64,000 nucleotides of DNA, from the IMG/VR virus record IMGVR_UViG_3300044846_004119, positions 32,001 to 96,000 of that record; one strand, given 5' to 3'. This DNA comes from a virus. Shown here one piece after another: positions 1 through 9,146 of the stretch; positions within the stretch are counted from its first letter, which is position 1, and each line of letters opens with the position of its first letter. The notes beneath the pieces were generated by a model. It was not told the origin of the DNA. It was given only the letters and a program-made list of their open reading frames with translations, and searched no databases. Position numbers and translations under genes: made by a program.

Positions 1-1
1 T

Positions 2-112
2 TTTTTAAGTTTTGGGTTTATAGTTCCATATCATGTTTTGGGTAGAACTCATGACGACCCAAGAGTTAGATTAAGTCAAAGAATTGAAAAATATTTTCAA
101 AAACTTAGTTGA
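2..112 (+). CDS. 3' end of an upstream gene (partial, function unknown)
   Basis: Open frame from window edge: FLSFGFIVPYHVLGRTHDDPRVRLSQRIEKYFQKLS, TGA at 110-112; start lies outside the window. Confidence 0.45.
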   Translation, partial: FLSFGFIVPYHVLGRTHDDPRVRLSQRIEKYFQKLS

Positions 113-137
113 TATAAAACAAAACAAAACCTATATT
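109..137 (+). promoter_or_regulatory. sigma70-like promoter of DNA polymerase gene
   Basis: TTGATA (109-114), 17 nt, TATATT (132-137); the -10 overlaps a TATTTAT motif (134-140). Confidence 0.5.
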
Positions 138-199
138 TATTTACGAAGGTAAATGCCGACCTTATTCGGTAGCTAATACACCAACTAAAATAATTTATA

Positions 200-2986
200 G
201 TGATAAGTCAAGAAGAAATTAAGTCGTTTCTTGAAGGGAGCGACCCTGAAGAACATATTGTGGCCATAGAGTTTGATTATGTCACAGATTCTATATACAA
301 AATTAAAGAAATACCTGGTCAAGGTAAAATAATCAAAAAAGATACTTTCACGGCATTTGCTTGGGTTGGTGACTTAAGAGGTTTGAATTTTTATTCATCT
401 TCTAAGGACCAACAGAAAGCGGCAATGACCAAATATGGTATTGTTATAGATAAGTTAGAAACTGAAGGTAATGAAAGATTAGAACAAGGACTTAAGTTCA
501 TGGTCAAATCTTTAAAAGGATACCGAACATTAATACAATTTTTTAGGGACGGTGGGTTAGACCCATGGTCAGAACGAGCTAAAAATTTAATCTTAGTTCT
601 TCCTCCTGTAGAACAATATCTAATCTCAAGGGAGAAGAGGTTATTCAAAGGGTACGAGGAATATAATGACATCACGAGACTCGGATTCGACTTAGAGACG
701 ACCTCTCTTGAACCTAAAGACGGTCGTATATTCATGATAGGAATCAAAACCAATAAAGGATTCCAAAGAGTTATTGAATGTGCTGACGAAGACCAAGAAA
801 GAAGAGGTATTGTAGAATTTTTTAGAATTATAGATGAATTAAAACCATCAATTATTGGTGGATATAACTCTTTTAACTTTGACTGGTTTTGGATATTCGA
901 AAGATGTAAGGCTCTAAATTTAGACATTAAAAAGATATCAAAATCACTAAACCCATCAAGGCCAATCTCTCAAAAGGATGGTATGTTAAAACTTGCTAAC
1001 GAGGTTGAGAGATTTGTTCAAACAGGGTTATGGGGGTATAACATCATCGACATCATTCACTCTGTCCGTAGAGCTCAAGCAATTAACTCAAGTATTAAAT
1101 CAGCGGGTTTGAAATATATAACTCAATACATTAACGCTGAAGCGCCTGACCGTGTATACATCCCCCATGAAGAAATTGGTTCTATGTATGCCAATAAAGA
1201 AGAGTTTTGGTTAAACGTAACTAATGGGAAATACAAGAGGGCGGATAAACCTGAGTTTAATAATTTAGACACTCGTTTTCCTGGCACCTACATTAAAGTT
1301 ACAGGTGATAATATAGTTGAGCGTTATCTTGACGATGACTTAGAGGAAACGTTAACTGTCGATGATGAGTTCAATCAGGGAACGTTTCTATTAGCATCAA
1401 TGGTACCTACAACATATGAAAGAGTATCAACAATGGGTACCGCAACATTATGGAAAATGTTGATGTTAGCTTGGTCTCATAAATACAAATTAGCAATCCC
1501 AAAAAAACAAGAAAAGACAGAATTTGTTGGTGGTTTATCAAGACTACTTAAAGTAGGGTATTCAAGAAACGTATTAAAACTTGACTACTCTTCTCTATAT
1601 CCATCAATTCAGTTAGTACATGACGTATTCCCTGAATGTGATGTTAGAGGGGCGATGAAAGGAATGTTATCTTATTTCCGTAATGCTCGTATTATGTATA
1701 AAAACTTGGCGTCAGAATTTTATGATGTGGATAAAAAGAAATCATTATCTTATGACCGTAAACAATTACCGATTAAGATTTTTATTAACTCAATGTTTGG
1801 CGCGTTATCCGCACCTCAAGTATTTGCGTGGGGTGATATGTATATGGGGGAACAAATTACCTGTACAGGTAGACAATATCTTCGTCAGATGATTAAGTTT
1901 TTTATTAAAAAAGGTTATACTCCACTTGTAATGGATACTGACGGTGTCAACTTTGCTAAACCTGAGGGGTGGGAAAATAGACGTTATATTGGTAAAGGTC
2001 TTAACTGGAAAGTTAAAGAAGGTAAGGAATACACTGGTGATGATTCGGACGTTGCAGAATTTAACGATTTATTCATGAGAGGTGAAATGGCTTTAGATAC
2101 TGATGGTACTTGGCCGTCATGTATTAACTTGGCTCGTAAGAACTATGCTGTTATGGAGTCAAGCGGTAAAGTTAAATTAACTGGTAATACAATTAAATCT
2201 AAAAAATTACCACTATACATTGAGGACTTTTTAGATAAAGGGGTTAAACAATTACTTGAGGGTAAAGGTCAAGAATTTGTTGAGTGGTACTACGAGTATG
2301 TTCAGAAAATATTTAATTTAGAAATTCCTTTAATGAAAATTGCCCAAAGAGCTAAAGTTAAATTATCTTTAGATGATTATAAAAAACGTTGTACTCAAAA
2401 AACCAAAGCCGGCTCATTAATGAGTAGAATGGCTCATATGGAGTTAGCCATCAAACATAATCTAAACATTCAGTTAGGTGATGTTATTTATTATGTAAAT
2501 AACGGATTAAGAGCTTCTCATGGTGATGTTCAAAAAATTACTAAAGCTAACTATACTAAAAAAGAATTAGATTTATTTTCCCAAGAAAATGGTAAAGAAC
2601 CTGAGAATAAAAGTACCTCAATAATACAACTTAATTGTTATATGTTAGAACCAACTGAGATTGAGAATAATCCAAACATGAAAGGTGAATATAACATACA
2701 AAGAGCCATAACAACCTTTAATAAAAGAATTGCTCCCCTATTAGTAGTATTCAAAGAAGAAGTTAGAAACGGATTAATTGTAAACAATCCTGAAGACCGT
2801 GGTTTTTTTACTAAGGGACAATGTGAATTAATTAATGGAGTACCATTTAAAGAGGGTGACCAAGATACCTTAGAGGAAGTGTTAACTTTATCTGATGGTG
2901 AAGTTAAATATTGGGATAAAAGAGGAATGAGCCCTGATTATATATATGAATTAGCTTCTGAAGGATGGGAAAAGTTTATAAATTAA
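200..2986 (+). CDS. gp43: Family B DNA polymerase with 3'-5' exonuclease
   Basis: 928 aa, GTG start; ExoI DLETT, ExoII GYNSFNFD, ExoIII YLDDD; polymerase motifs DYSSLYPSI, KIFINSMFG, MDTDGV; no intein. Confidence 0.97.
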   Translation: MISQEEIKSFLEGSDPEEHIVAIEFDYVTDSIYKIKEIPGQGKIIKKDTFTAFAWVGDLRGLNFYSSSKDQQKAAMTKYGIVIDKLETEGNERLEQGLKFMVKSLKGYRTLIQFFRDGGLDPWSERAKNLILVLPPVEQYLISREKRLFKGYEEYNDITRLGFDLETTSLEPKDGRIFMIGIKTNKGFQRVIECADEDQERRGIVEFFRIIDELKPSIIGGYNSFNFDWFWIFERCKALNLDIKKISKSLNPSRPISQKDGMLKLANEVERFVQTGLWGYNIIDIIHSVRRAQAINSSIKSAGLKYITQYINAEAPDRVYIPHEEIGSMYANKEEFWLNVTNGKYKRADKPEFNNLDTRFPGTYIKVTGDNIVERYLDDDLEETLTVDDEFNQGTFLLASMVPTTYERVSTMGTATLWKMLMLAWSHKYKLAIPKKQEKTEFVGGLSRLLKVGYSRNVLKLDYSSLYPSIQLVHDVFPECDVRGAMKGMLSYFRNARIMYKNLASEFYDVDKKKSLSYDRKQLPIKIFINSMFGALSAPQVFAWGDMYMGEQITCTGRQYLRQMIKFFIKKGYTPLVMDTDGVNFAKPEGWENRRYIGKGLNWKVKEGKEYTGDDSDVAEFNDLFMRGEMALDTDGTWPSCINLARKNYAVMESSGKVKLTGNTIKSKKLPLYIEDFLDKGVKQLLEGKGQEFVEWYYEYVQKIFNLEIPLMKIAQRAKVKLSLDDYKKRCTQKTKAGSLMSRMAHMELAIKHNLNIQLGDVIYYVNNGLRASHGDVQKITKANYTKKELDLFSQENGKEPENKSTSIIQLNCYMLEPTEIENNPNMKGEYNIQRAITTFNKRIAPLLVVFKEEVRNGLIVNNPEDRGFFTKGQCELINGVPFKEGDQDTLEEVLTLSDGEVKYWDKRGMSPDYIYELASEGWEKFIN

Positions 2987-3357
2987 CTTAACTTTAATCC
3001 ATCAGAGGATATAATGTACCAAACATCGTCCATCATAAGAAATTCAACACAAGCACCTTTATCGATTAAAATTTCGTCATAGTACTCGTCAATTTTATTT
3101 TTACTAGGAACAATTAATACTTTTGTTAATGTTTTAATAACAATATATTCTGTAGTGTCTGAGTTTAAAGTTATTTTTGATTGTTCAACATCTTTAACTA
3201 ATATAAACTCTTCACCATTAGTACTATAATTAGGTTCTCTGACAACTAATCTAAGTTCGGGGTTTTGAGACATACTAACGGGCGGTTGAGTTTCTCTACC
3301 CCCAACAAATATTTTATCCCCAATTTGTTTTCTACCAAAATTTTTTCTTATTGTCAT
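2983..3357 (-). CDS. Hypothetical protein, small beta-rich module, possibly virion decoration
   Basis: 124 aa ATG ORF directly downstream of the neck gene; C-terminal ITL..YIVIK..KIDE..ILIDKGACVEF..WYIISSDG pattern resembles small beta modules at the ends of phage fibre/decoration proteins (recognised by eye). Confidence 0.7.
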   Translation of the reverse strand: MTIRKNFGRKQIGDKIFVGGRETQPPVSMSQNPELRLVVREPNYSTNGEEFILVKDVEQSKITLNSDTTEYIVIKTLTKVLIVPSKNKIDEYYDEILIDKGACVEFLMMDDVWYIISSDGLKLS

Positions 3358-3358
3358 A

Positions 3359-4480
3359 TTAGATTACATATATTTGTCTTGGCATTGCTCTAAACTTAAG
3401 TGATTTGTTTAAATTCTCCGCCAAAAGAGCTTCACGCTCCATTACTTTATCAGGTTTTAATCTGGCTAAAGTACCCTCAACACCAATTAATTCCTCTACT
3501 AATTTAAGTTTTTCGTCTTTACCTTCAGTTAATAAACTAGTATAATCCATTGTTAATTCACTATCAGGTGTTTTAATGTTACCACTAAATTTACCTCTAA
3601 CTCTACCTAAAGTTTCTTTACAAGTTGCGATGAAATATCTTCTAACCCATTGTTTTGCGGGGTTATTTAATTCGGGCCAAGAGAACTTATCTAAAGGAAC
3701 ATCTGAAGGCATTTTAATAATGTCAGGATTATTTTTTAAACATTTGTCTCTATCTTCAGGACCAACATCATAATACCAATACCATACTTTACCCCTATTT
3801 AAATTTCTATTACCAAAATCAAATTTACCACCAGGTGTATTCATTAAATGAATTGCTTTTTTACCTTCAGGTAACGCGGTTATTGTATAGGTTAAATCTC
3901 CTGATATAATTCTTCTTTGAATATTAATTTCTTGCATTCTTAATAACATATCAAATGCTGGCATCATAAAATATGACCCCGTATTACCCATTTGTGAAAA
4001 ACCACCAGGTCCACCAATTCCACCACCGCCTAAACCTCCAAATGAAAAAGCATCAAAATATACACCATTTAAGTCTGATGGTGTAAACCATAATAACTCG
4101 TTAATCTCTCTATGTGCGGGTATTTCGTAAATTTGTTGATTAGGTTCTAATTGTATATAGTCTTTTTTAAGGACCCAATCACCACCAGCTTGTAATCCAA
4201 CAATTTTAGAATAGGCGTAAGTATATCTTGTTTCAAAGTCTAATGTCTTTGTAACAAAGGCTCTTGATAAAGATTGTGTGTCTAAGTTTAATCCCCATAG
4301 ATTTGACCACTGAGATTCAATTAACCAATTTTGTACGTATTGAGAATAGTCGTCAATTGCGAATTCCAATAACGTATCCATTTGTTCGTCCTCTAATTCA
4401 ACCGAACGTAGAGGTGCCCCAAGTAAATGTCTTACTTTAGTATATAATGGGCTTCTTTCATTTTCTGGTATTATTGCCAT
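3359..4480 (-). CDS. gp13: Neck (head-tail adaptor) protein, T4 gp13-like
   Basis: N-terminus VRHLLGAPLRSVELEDEQMDTLLEFAIDDYSQY matches the T4 gp13 pattern LRRLGAPIINVELTPDQI..CI..ALE.Y. Confidence 0.85.
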   Translation of the reverse strand: MAIIPENERSPLYTKVRHLLGAPLRSVELEDEQMDTLLEFAIDDYSQYVQNWLIESQWSNLWGLNLDTQSLSRAFVTKTLDFETRYTYAYSKIVGLQAGGDWVLKKDYIQLEPNQQIYEIPAHREINELLWFTPSDLNGVYFDAFSFGGLGGGGIGGPGGFSQMGNTGSYFMMPAFDMLLRMQEINIQRRIISGDLTYTITALPEGKKAIHLMNTPGGKFDFGNRNLNRGKVWYWYYDVGPEDRDKCLKNNPDIIKMPSDVPLDKFSWPELNNPAKQWVRRYFIATCKETLGRVRGKFSGNIKTPDSELTMDYTSLLTEGKDEKLKLVEELIGVEGTLARLKPDKVMEREALLAENLNKSLKFRAMPRQIYVI

Positions 4481-4495
4481 GTTTTTCGTTTCTAT

Positions 4496-4502
4496 ATAAA
4501 TA
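4496..4502 (-). promoter_or_regulatory. TATTTAT late-type promoter motif
   Basis: GATATTTATATAG on the minus strand, 15 nt before the gp13-like ATG. Confidence 0.6.
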
Positions 4503-6041
4503 TCAATTTAGTCGGTAAATTAAATTAGATTCCGGGAAAACATATTGACCCCCGATTATCTTAGTATTTTTATTACTAAAAACTAACACTTCTTTATTAT
4601 TTTTTGTAAATATTAACCAATCAGTTGAATATTTTTTAACATTTGCGGAACCTGAGACATGAATTTCACCATCAACATTTTTTATATAGGTGAACGGTTT
4701 AACCTGACTTGTTAATTTAACGCCATCAACTATGATTTCACAGTCAATACCATCAATCATATCTTCTTTACTTCCTAATTTACCAACAGAAATAACGTTA
4801 TCATCACCAAATTTTTTCTTAAGAATCTTAACTGTTTCATCCTCTCTTTTTTGTCCCCAACTATTAGTTTGAGTTAAAATTTTCATTAAGTTTTGAAATG
4901 TTGAGGAATTTTGAGAAAAAATTCTGAACTTATAATCATCTAGTACTTTAACAAGTTTTTTAACTTCACTAATTTGTTCAGATGGTGTTAGGCCAATCAT
5001 TTTAATTTCAGGTTTATCTTGTTTTTTAAGTACTTGGTTAATATCGTTTAGTAGAACACAGAAACAACTATAATTTGTGTTTAATTTGTTAATTACTGAA
5101 CGTCCGTCACTTTCTAAATTATAAACTCCTGACATCTCACCAGGGGCAAATTCGTTATTTTCATAAAAGTTTTCAGGAAAGACTTCTTTCATCATTTTAT
5201 TAACACTCATTTTAAAGATTTCTTTAACTTTTGGGTTGATATTAAATATAAATCTAATCGCCTCGTTAGTATCTCTACCACATCTTTCAGATTTACCTTC
5301 AGAGATAACTGTTTTTAACATAAGACTTTCATTTAATTTAGATTCAACCTTTAATTGGTAAAGTTTGTTTACAAATTCCCAATTAACACATTTCCAAAAG
5401 TTTTTAATATAGTCATCTTTTTTGTTTCTATATTTCAAATAGTAAGCATGTTCCCATAAATCTAATCCAAGTATTGGATAACCACCATCTTCAACAACGT
5501 TCATTAAAGGATTGTCTTGATTTGCTGTGGACACAATTTTTAATTTATTAGTCTTTGTTAAAACTAACCAAACCCATCCCGAACCAAATCGTTCTTTTGC
5601 AACTTCCTCAAATTTAATTCTAAATGAATTATAACTTTTGAAGTCTTTATTAATTTGAGTTAAAACTTCACCGTGAGGTTTTTGAGTTTCAGGAGTTAAC
5701 ATTTTCCAAAATAACGCGTGGTTAAAAGCACCACCTGCGTTATTTCTAATGTTTTTATCAAATCTACTTATTGATTTTATAATTTCTTCTAACTCTAAAT
5801 CCCCATATTTTTTTTTACTAAGAGCAGAATTTAATTTATCAACATAACCTTTATAATGTTTATTATAATGGTAGTTCATAGTTTCTGAGTCAATAAATTG
5901 TTTCAGGGCTGAGTAGGCGTATGGTAATCGTTCGATTCCAATTCTTTTCATTTCGTTTAAGAAAAGTTTTTGATTCTCATTTTTTTCAACCGTTTTAATT
6001 TTTTCGGTTATGAGGTCAATTTTTTTTTCAATATTTTTCAT
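4503..6041 (-). CDS. sodA: Mn-type superoxide dismutase fused to a C-terminal PD-(D/E)xK-like domain
   Basis: SOD ligands HYNKH, NNAGGAFNH, FGSGWVWL, ANQDNP, DLWEHAYY; the GG and NQD signatures indicate Mn type. A ~280 aa C-terminal extension carries GQKRE..DMIDGID..QVK. ATG 6041 preferred to track TTG 6080 because a TATTTAT motif lies at 6060-6066. Confidence 0.92.
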   Translation of the reverse strand: MKNIEKKIDLITEKIKTVEKNENQKLFLNEMKRIGIERLPYAYSALKQFIDSETMNYHYNKHYKGYVDKLNSALSKKKYGDLELEEIIKSISRFDKNIRNNAGGAFNHALFWKMLTPETQKPHGEVLTQINKDFKSYNSFRIKFEEVAKERFGSGWVWLVLTKTNKLKIVSTANQDNPLMNVVEDGGYPILGLDLWEHAYYLKYRNKKDDYIKNFWKCVNWEFVNKLYQLKVESKLNESLMLKTVISEGKSERCGRDTNEAIRFIFNINPKVKEIFKMSVNKMMKEVFPENFYENNEFAPGEMSGVYNLESDGRSVINKLNTNYSCFCVLLNDINQVLKKQDKPEIKMIGLTPSEQISEVKKLVKVLDDYKFRIFSQNSSTFQNLMKILTQTNSWGQKREDETVKILKKKFGDDNVISVGKLGSKEDMIDGIDCEIIVDGVKLTSQVKPFTYIKNVDGEIHVSGSANVKKYSTDWLIFTKNNKEVLVFSNKNTKIIGGQYVFPESNLIYRLN

Positions 6042-6059
6042 AAGGCTTATTTTATTATT

Positions 6060-6066
6060 ATAAATA
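6060..6066 (-). promoter_or_regulatory. TATTTAT late-type promoter motif
   Basis: CTTATTTATAAT on the minus strand, 18 nt before SOD ATG 6041. Confidence 0.6.
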
Positions 6067-6081
6067 AGCGGAAGTTTCAAA

Positions 6082-7851
6082 TTATCTGCGATTGTTTATT
6101 CTATTCATCACTTCTTCAATAAAGTCGGCTTTATCTAAATTGTCACCCATAACGGTTTCAAATATATTTTTCTTCTTTATTAAAATGTCATAAATTGCTC
6201 CCTCAATAGTATTTTCAAATATTGGGTAATAAACTGATACATTAGATTTTTGACCGTATCTGTACGCTCTATCTTCCGCTTGTGTGTGGTCTGATGGAAC
6301 AAAAGATAAATCATTCATGATTACGGCCTCAGCGGCGGTTAAGGTTAACCCAACACCTGCGGCTTTTAAGTTACCAACAAAAACTGTAATCTTTTCATTA
6401 TCCTGAAATTGGTCAACTGCGTGTTGTCTCATAGATTTAGAGGTTGACCCATCTAATCTAACCGCCTGTTTACCAAAATGGTCGGCAATTTTATTTAATG
6501 TATTTGTGAAATTAGTAAAAATAATAACCTTTTTTCCTTGGTCAATTATATTCTGAACTAATTCAATCGTATCGTTAATTTTTTCTTCCGCAATGACTTG
6601 TCTAACTTTCATTAACTTACTAAATTGTACCGTTAACGATGAAGATTCGTCTGTTTTATTTTCATACCAATCATAGTACTCTCCCATTAAGCCTTCATAT
6701 AATTTAGATTTAAGTCTTAGGTAGACTGGCGATATTATTTTGTCAGGTAAATCAAGTACCTCAGTTTTTAAACGTCGTAATACTTGTCTTGAGGTTCGGT
6801 CTCTTAATTCCTCTAAGTTAGATGCCCCCGTAACATTCCAAACTTTTCTATTTCCCGCTTTAAATTGGTAACCTTGACAATACCTAATGGCATATGCCAT
6901 CCAATTCTGAGCTACGGGACTCTCAATGAGTGATAACAAGTTAAAATAATTCATTGGTCTTGATGTCATTGGTGTTCCCGTTAACAACCAAAGTTTATCA
7001 ACACTTTTAACAAAACTATTAACTAATTTAGTTCTTTGTGCTTGACCGTTTTGTAAATAATGGGCCTCATCAATAATGATTATACCAAAATTACTTTTAT
7101 ATATTTCAGATTTTTCTTTATCTTTTAAATCGTAAAAATTTTTAAGAATATCGTAATTAACAATTACAAAATCGTGTTCTTGGGAGAAGTTTTTACCTTC
7201 GGCAATATAAACACTCCTATCTGTGTAGTTTTCAATCTCTCTTAGCCAATTTATTTTTAAAGAAGCGGGACAAATAATTAATATTTTCTTAACACCTGTT
7301 TCTAAAGCGGCAATAATGGTGGAAGTTGTTTTACCTAAACCCATATCATCTGCGAGAATAAATCTTTTAGCCCCGGCAAGTTTCTCAATGGCAATTTTTT
7401 GATGTTCTAATGGAGGTCTGTGAGAGTACTTTGAATAATCCACCTCAACATTTTTAATTGTGTGTGTCTTAATTAAAGCTCCTTTAGGTAACCAAAACTC
7501 GTGTATAGTTTCCCCCGATAACACTTTTCCCCAAACATGATAGGCTTTCTCTTTCTCAACCAATAACTTCTCAACCCAAACTTGTTCAGGTATTGTAGTT
7601 AATAATTTTTCGTCAGCAATTTTTTTGGCAAAGTAAGGGTCAAGGTCAACCCATTTTTTTCCAACTTTAGGTGTTACATCGTAATAATTAATAATATAAT
7701 CAGATTGGGCTCTTGTGGGATAAAATTTCTTATTAGATTCTTTTTGAGTTTTTAATTTTAGGATATAGTTATTTGCACCTGAATAAGTTTCAAGTAACTC
7801 TAATGCTCTTCTCTCTAATAGAGGTTTGTTATTTTCTATATTATTTTCCAA
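6082..7851 (-). CDS. SNF2-family (SF2) helicase/ATPase
   Basis: Walker A DDMGLGKTT, IICPASLKINW, DEAH box (IIDEAH), LLTGTP, motif VI QAEDRAYRYGQ. Confidence 0.93.
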   Translation of the reverse strand: MENNIENNKPLLERRALELLETYSGANNYILKLKTQKESNKKFYPTRAQSDYIINYYDVTPKVGKKWVDLDPYFAKKIADEKLLTTIPEQVWVEKLLVEKEKAYHVWGKVLSGETIHEFWLPKGALIKTHTIKNVEVDYSKYSHRPPLEHQKIAIEKLAGAKRFILADDMGLGKTTSTIIAALETGVKKILIICPASLKINWLREIENYTDRSVYIAEGKNFSQEHDFVIVNYDILKNFYDLKDKEKSEIYKSNFGIIIIDEAHYLQNGQAQRTKLVNSFVKSVDKLWLLTGTPMTSRPMNYFNLLSLIESPVAQNWMAYAIRYCQGYQFKAGNRKVWNVTGASNLEELRDRTSRQVLRRLKTEVLDLPDKIISPVYLRLKSKLYEGLMGEYYDWYENKTDESSSLTVQFSKLMKVRQVIAEEKINDTIELVQNIIDQGKKVIIFTNFTNTLNKIADHFGKQAVRLDGSTSKSMRQHAVDQFQDNEKITVFVGNLKAAGVGLTLTAAEAVIMNDLSFVPSDHTQAEDRAYRYGQKSNVSVYYPIFENTIEGAIYDILIKKKNIFETVMGDNLDKADFIEEVMNRINNRR

Positions 7852-7869
7852 AAGATTTGGTTTGAGTTA

Positions 7870-7898
7870 AAAATAAGTAATCTTTTAATATTTATCAA
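7870..7898 (-). promoter_or_regulatory. Possible sigma70-like promoter of the SNF2 helicase
   Basis: Minus strand TTGATA, 17 nt, TATTTT; overlaps the divergent TATTTAT motif at 7889-7895. Confidence 0.35.
7889..7895 (+). promoter_or_regulatory. TATTTAT late-type promoter motif
   Basis: Ends 4 nt before ATG 7900. Confidence 0.6.
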
Positions 7899-7899
7899 T

Positions 7900-8415
7900 A
7901 TGTCAACTAATAAAGTACCAATTACTCGAATAGGGAAATTCTTTGGAGATGAAGATTTCAATTTAGACCTTTCAATAGGGGAGGAATGGTTATATGGTGA
8001 TATGAACTTCACATTAGTTCTTTATCGTATTGATAGACTGAAAACAAAAACCGATGATGTTTATGGTGAAACTGTTAGTGATGGTATTAAATTTTTACCA
8101 CCAATAGAGTTTAAAGGGTATGTTCAAATTATGGCACCTGAAAATAAATATTTAGGTAATTCAAAAATAGAACAATTTGAGCCGGGTAATATTAAAGTGT
8201 CAGTTTACCAAAGACAATTGGATGAGTTAGGTGTTGATATTAGTTATGGTGACTATATTGGTTACTATGAAACAGAAGATAGAGTTAGATATTATACCGT
8301 AAATAATGACGGAAGAGTCATCTCAGATAATAAACACACGTATGCAGGGTTTAAACCGTTTTATAGAACTATTATGGCGTCAGCGGTTACTAATAACGAA
8401 TTTAGAGGTTTATAA
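7900..8415 (+). CDS. Head-closure/neck protein, T4 gp14-like
   Basis: 171 aa; D.VYGE followed by F.PPIEFKGYV pattern and position between gp13-like and gp15-like genes. Confidence 0.6.
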   Translation: MSTNKVPITRIGKFFGDEDFNLDLSIGEEWLYGDMNFTLVLYRIDRLKTKTDDVYGETVSDGIKFLPPIEFKGYVQIMAPENKYLGNSKIEQFEPGNIKVSVYQRQLDELGVDISYGDYIGYYETEDRVRYYTVNNDGRVISDNKHTYAGFKPFYRTIMASAVTNNEFRGL

Positions 8416-8711
8416 TGAAAATAATAATAACAGAATCTCAAGTGGCATTAATAAGAAGGTTAACTGAGTTAGAACACTATCTTGATATGGCTATTAAAGA
8501 ATTAAATGAGGATATAAAAAGTGGAAGTCCAGGTAATAGACCTGATAATTTTGGTGTTTACGAAGGGTGGGTAATGAATAGAACTAAACGGTATTTTGAA
8601 AATAATAATCCAAATCTTGAATGGCTAAGTCACGATTTTAAGATGTTAGTATCAGGACAATTTAATAATAAAATTAGAAAAGGTTTTAATCAAGTTAAAA
8701 ATAGAAGATGA
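8415..8711 (+). CDS. Hypothetical protein (N-terminus MKIIITESQ, possible capsid-targeting leader)
   Basis: 98 aa, TAATG-coupled to the upstream gene. Confidence 0.75.
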   Translation: MKIIITESQVALIRRLTELEHYLDMAIKELNEDIKSGSPGNRPDNFGVYEGWVMNRTKRYFENNNPNLEWLSHDFKMLVSGQFNNKIRKGFNQVKNRR

Positions 8712-9145
8712 AAATACTAATTACAGAAACACAGGACCATGATAATTCTGAGGATAAGTTTAAAGGTGAAAGAGTTATGGTTTATTATAATTTACACAAA
8801 CATACTTTTTCTGTGTCGTATAAATCAAAAGTTATTTTACATGCCGATTACGTTAAATTAAAAGATGTTGAGTTTAGAGTTAGAAAGGCTGGTAAAGAAC
8901 GAGTTAGACGTGAAATGGTAAAAAATGTTCACGCATTTGTTATTGGTGATTTAGTTGATTATTGTCAGTCGCCATGTAAAAATATTCCTAAAGAACCAAC
9001 GGATAATGTAATAACGTATAACCCTTACAAGTATGATAGTTTTGTATATAAATCGAATAAAAACCCAATATACAAAACAAAAGAAATTGATATGATTAAT
9101 TTAAAAAACAAATTATTCGTAATAAAAAAAATAAAAAAACATTAA
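8708..9145 (+). CDS. Phage hypothetical protein (VYYNLHK..FSV..RKNVHAFV-like family)
   Basis: 145 aa, ATGA overlap; pattern recalled from uncharacterised phage proteins; N-terminus MKILITETQ. Confidence 0.75.
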   Translation: MKILITETQDHDNSEDKFKGERVMVYYNLHKHTFSVSYKSKVILHADYVKLKDVEFRVRKAGKERVRREMVKNVHAFVIGDLVDYCQSPCKNIPKEPTDNVITYNPYKYDSFVYKSNKNPIYKTKEIDMINLKNKLFVIKKIKKH

Positions 9146-9146
9146 A

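Noticed and set aside
1930-1950. Polymerase motif C MDTDG instead of YGDTDS
   Set aside because: DTDG variants occur in active family-B polymerases; both catalytic Asp residues are present.
2983-2986. Convergent genes sharing a TTAA for both stop codons (also at 10178-10181)
   Set aside because: Common consequence of compaction in AT-rich genomes.
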